A stretch of DNA of 64,000 nucleotides from Mobula hypostoma (lineage: Eukaryota): assembly GCF_963921235.1 (NCBI RefSeq), contig NC_086097.1, forward strand, positions 126,730,001 through 126,794,000. The letters are read 5' to 3'. This document shows, in pieces, positions 61,921-64,000 of this stretch (positions are counted from its first letter, which is position 1; the number at the start of each line of letters is the position of its first letter). Below the pieces are notes generated by a model. That model saw only the letters and a program-made list of their open reading frames with translations, did not search any database and was not told where the DNA came from. Both the position numbers and the translations under genes were made by a program.

Positions 61921-64000
61921 GTCCTTGCATTGACTCTCCCTCCCAGCTGATCATCTGCGGTGGGCCTCAATCCAGGGTGGCACATTTTCCATTACTGGAA
62001 AGCCCATGACCAAAACCATAAGTAGTGATTATTTGGAGGTCTCATTCCTACAGCTAGAGTTGATATGGGCAAATCTGCCACCCCAAGTCAGAGGGTTTAC
62101 TGTAGTATTTCCATCCATGTTCTTCTAATGGACTTGGGAAAGGGAACAGAAGGGAAGAGTTTCAGATGGAATGGCTGTAGTGAGGAAGCTATTATCCACA
62201 TTCAGATTAGTTTATTGTCATATATACCAGGCTGCAATACATTTCTTTGCTCAGATGAAAGAATTGTGTGTGTACGTAACACACATAACAACTTGTGCAA
62301 AGATAGAAATTGGAAAAGTCGTGAGGTAGTGTTCATGGATTCAATGTCCATTCAGAAAATGGATGGCAGAGGGGAAGAAGCTGTTCCTGAATCGCTGAGT
62401 GACTGCCTCCTTCCTGATGGTAGCAAAGAGAACAAGGCATGACCTGGGTGATGGGGGTCCTTAATGACTGACGCTGCCTTTTTGAGGAATCGCTCCTTGA
62501 AGATGTCCTGGTAAAGAGTATGCATATTAATGAATACATCAATAAATACAACACCGAGTGCAAAAACAACGCGATATAGTAGAATGATTTGGTGCAAAAA
62601 AACAATGCTGAAGTGGCAATAAAGATTTTCTTGTACCTGGGTCTTCAGAACACAGAACTATAAAATTGTATCAGAAAACAACTTTAGTGCATAATGTGAA
62701 TGAAATGATCAGCTCCACAGGAACTAGATTTCAACTGTGTAATAGGCTTACTCCCTGCTGATAGTGTTTGTATCTATTCCCGGTGGCACTCTGTATTGTT
62801 TGCATTATCTGTGCTAGTGCTTGGCTGCTCAGTGGTATCTTTCCATCAATGAGTGGACAGTTTGGTGTCCAGGAATAGAATGGGAAGAAAGGAGTTGTGA
62901 AATGGTGTGGATATACCACTTAGGCTTGTTCATGGATCTTGAGCAGGCAATGATCAACAGGGGCATGACTTGACAGTATTCACTAGATCCTACCGAGCTG
63001 GTTTCCCATGGTTCATTACTTTCTCCAAACAGTCTTTCAAAGTCTTATGGGTGCAATCACTTTGGAAGTAATAATTAGTCTGGGCTCATGCATTTCTGTT
63101 ACAATAAATAATGCATTTGTTCACAAGGCCTTCATTTGCTCCAGATCCTGCTGCAATTTTCCATGCTTCCTCATGACTAGTAATGAAGATAACACTGTTC
63201 CCTTACCATTCAAGCAAGCTGGACAACAGGGATTTTGGGAAAGCCTAGTGGGACAAGGTGAGGGCAGAGCCGCAGGTACTGCTATCTACAGGCTTGGGAT
63301 CGTAAAGGCTCTGAAGAGGGAGTCCTTGATTTCCCTGCCTTGGTCCCACATCCACTCGACTCTCCTGGCTTGAAACATGGTACAAAATCACTTTGGTGAC
63401 AGATTTTATTTTAATATATTTGAATTCGTAATGTACTAAAAACAACATTTTGCTCTTTATTTGCTTCTAAGATGTAGTAGTCTTTGGCAATTATTGTCCA
63501 TTCCATATTATCCACAAACCAAGGAACAGTTAAGAATCAAACACATTGGGCGCCGGGGGGGGGGGCGTGGGCGGGGGGGGGAGCGGGGAGGGAGGGATGG
63601 GGTCACATATAAGCCAGACATGTTATGGACAAAATATTTTCTTCCATTAAGAAGGCAGTGAAGTAAATTGATATTTACAACCATCCAATAGGTTTCCTAG
63701 ACACCACTGCAGACATGTTCTTTTAAGTAATGAGCTGAACTTAAATGTCCTTCTTGTGTTCGTTCCACAGTAAGACTGTGTAAAAAGTGAATTATTGGTG
63801 GCCTATCCTTGCAAACCTTCCTCTTCTTTCAGCAGCTGGAAGTCATTGAGTCATTGCTCTTTGGTCATAGATCTAAAGTGGTGACAACTATCTGCCACTC
63901 ACAGTACAGACAAAGTGAATTTCAATTTGATTAGCTTCACTGGAGAGTACAATGCAAGGGCTGCTCTTCAACACTTAATTAGCATTACTGACTGATTCCT

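Noticed and set aside
62731..62919. Minus-strand ORF ending near a GTAAGC donor-like site
   Set aside because: No recognisable homology, no clear acceptor and no partner exons

Overview
Eukaryotic, repeat-rich vertebrate DNA, very probably from a cartilaginous fish (ray or shark): it carries HE1/V-SINE-like elements, many CR1 LINEs and Penelope-like elements. The main gene is a complete 9-exon SNRNP48 (U11-48K, a minor-spliceosome U11 snRNP protein) on the + strand, CDS 8928..33011. I reconstructed it by hand: all introns are GT-AG, phases are consistent, and the CDS is 1098 nt / 365 aa. Intron 4 holds a full autoregulatory cassette: a U2-type 3' splice site, an 8-nt frameshifting poison exon with a G-run and U1 site, and a tandem pair of U12-type 5' splice-site motifs (USSE). 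Downstream, three phase-compatible candidate exons (35363/35420-35440, 43158-43266, 57074-57316) assemble into an unrecognised protein with a signal-peptide-like N-terminus and Ser-Gly-rich, proteoglycan-like sequence. The Penelope-like terminal repeats contain minimal type I hammerhead ribozyme motifs, some intact and some mutated. They also form long hairpins, one of which lies in the SNRNP48 3' UTR. The remainder is nested transposon debris: Gypsy LTR, CR1, L1, Rex/Babar, Chapaev3, and mariner, hAT and pogo-like MITEs. Repeat family names come from motif recognition, not a database search, and repeat boundaries without a target-site duplication (TSD) are approximate.
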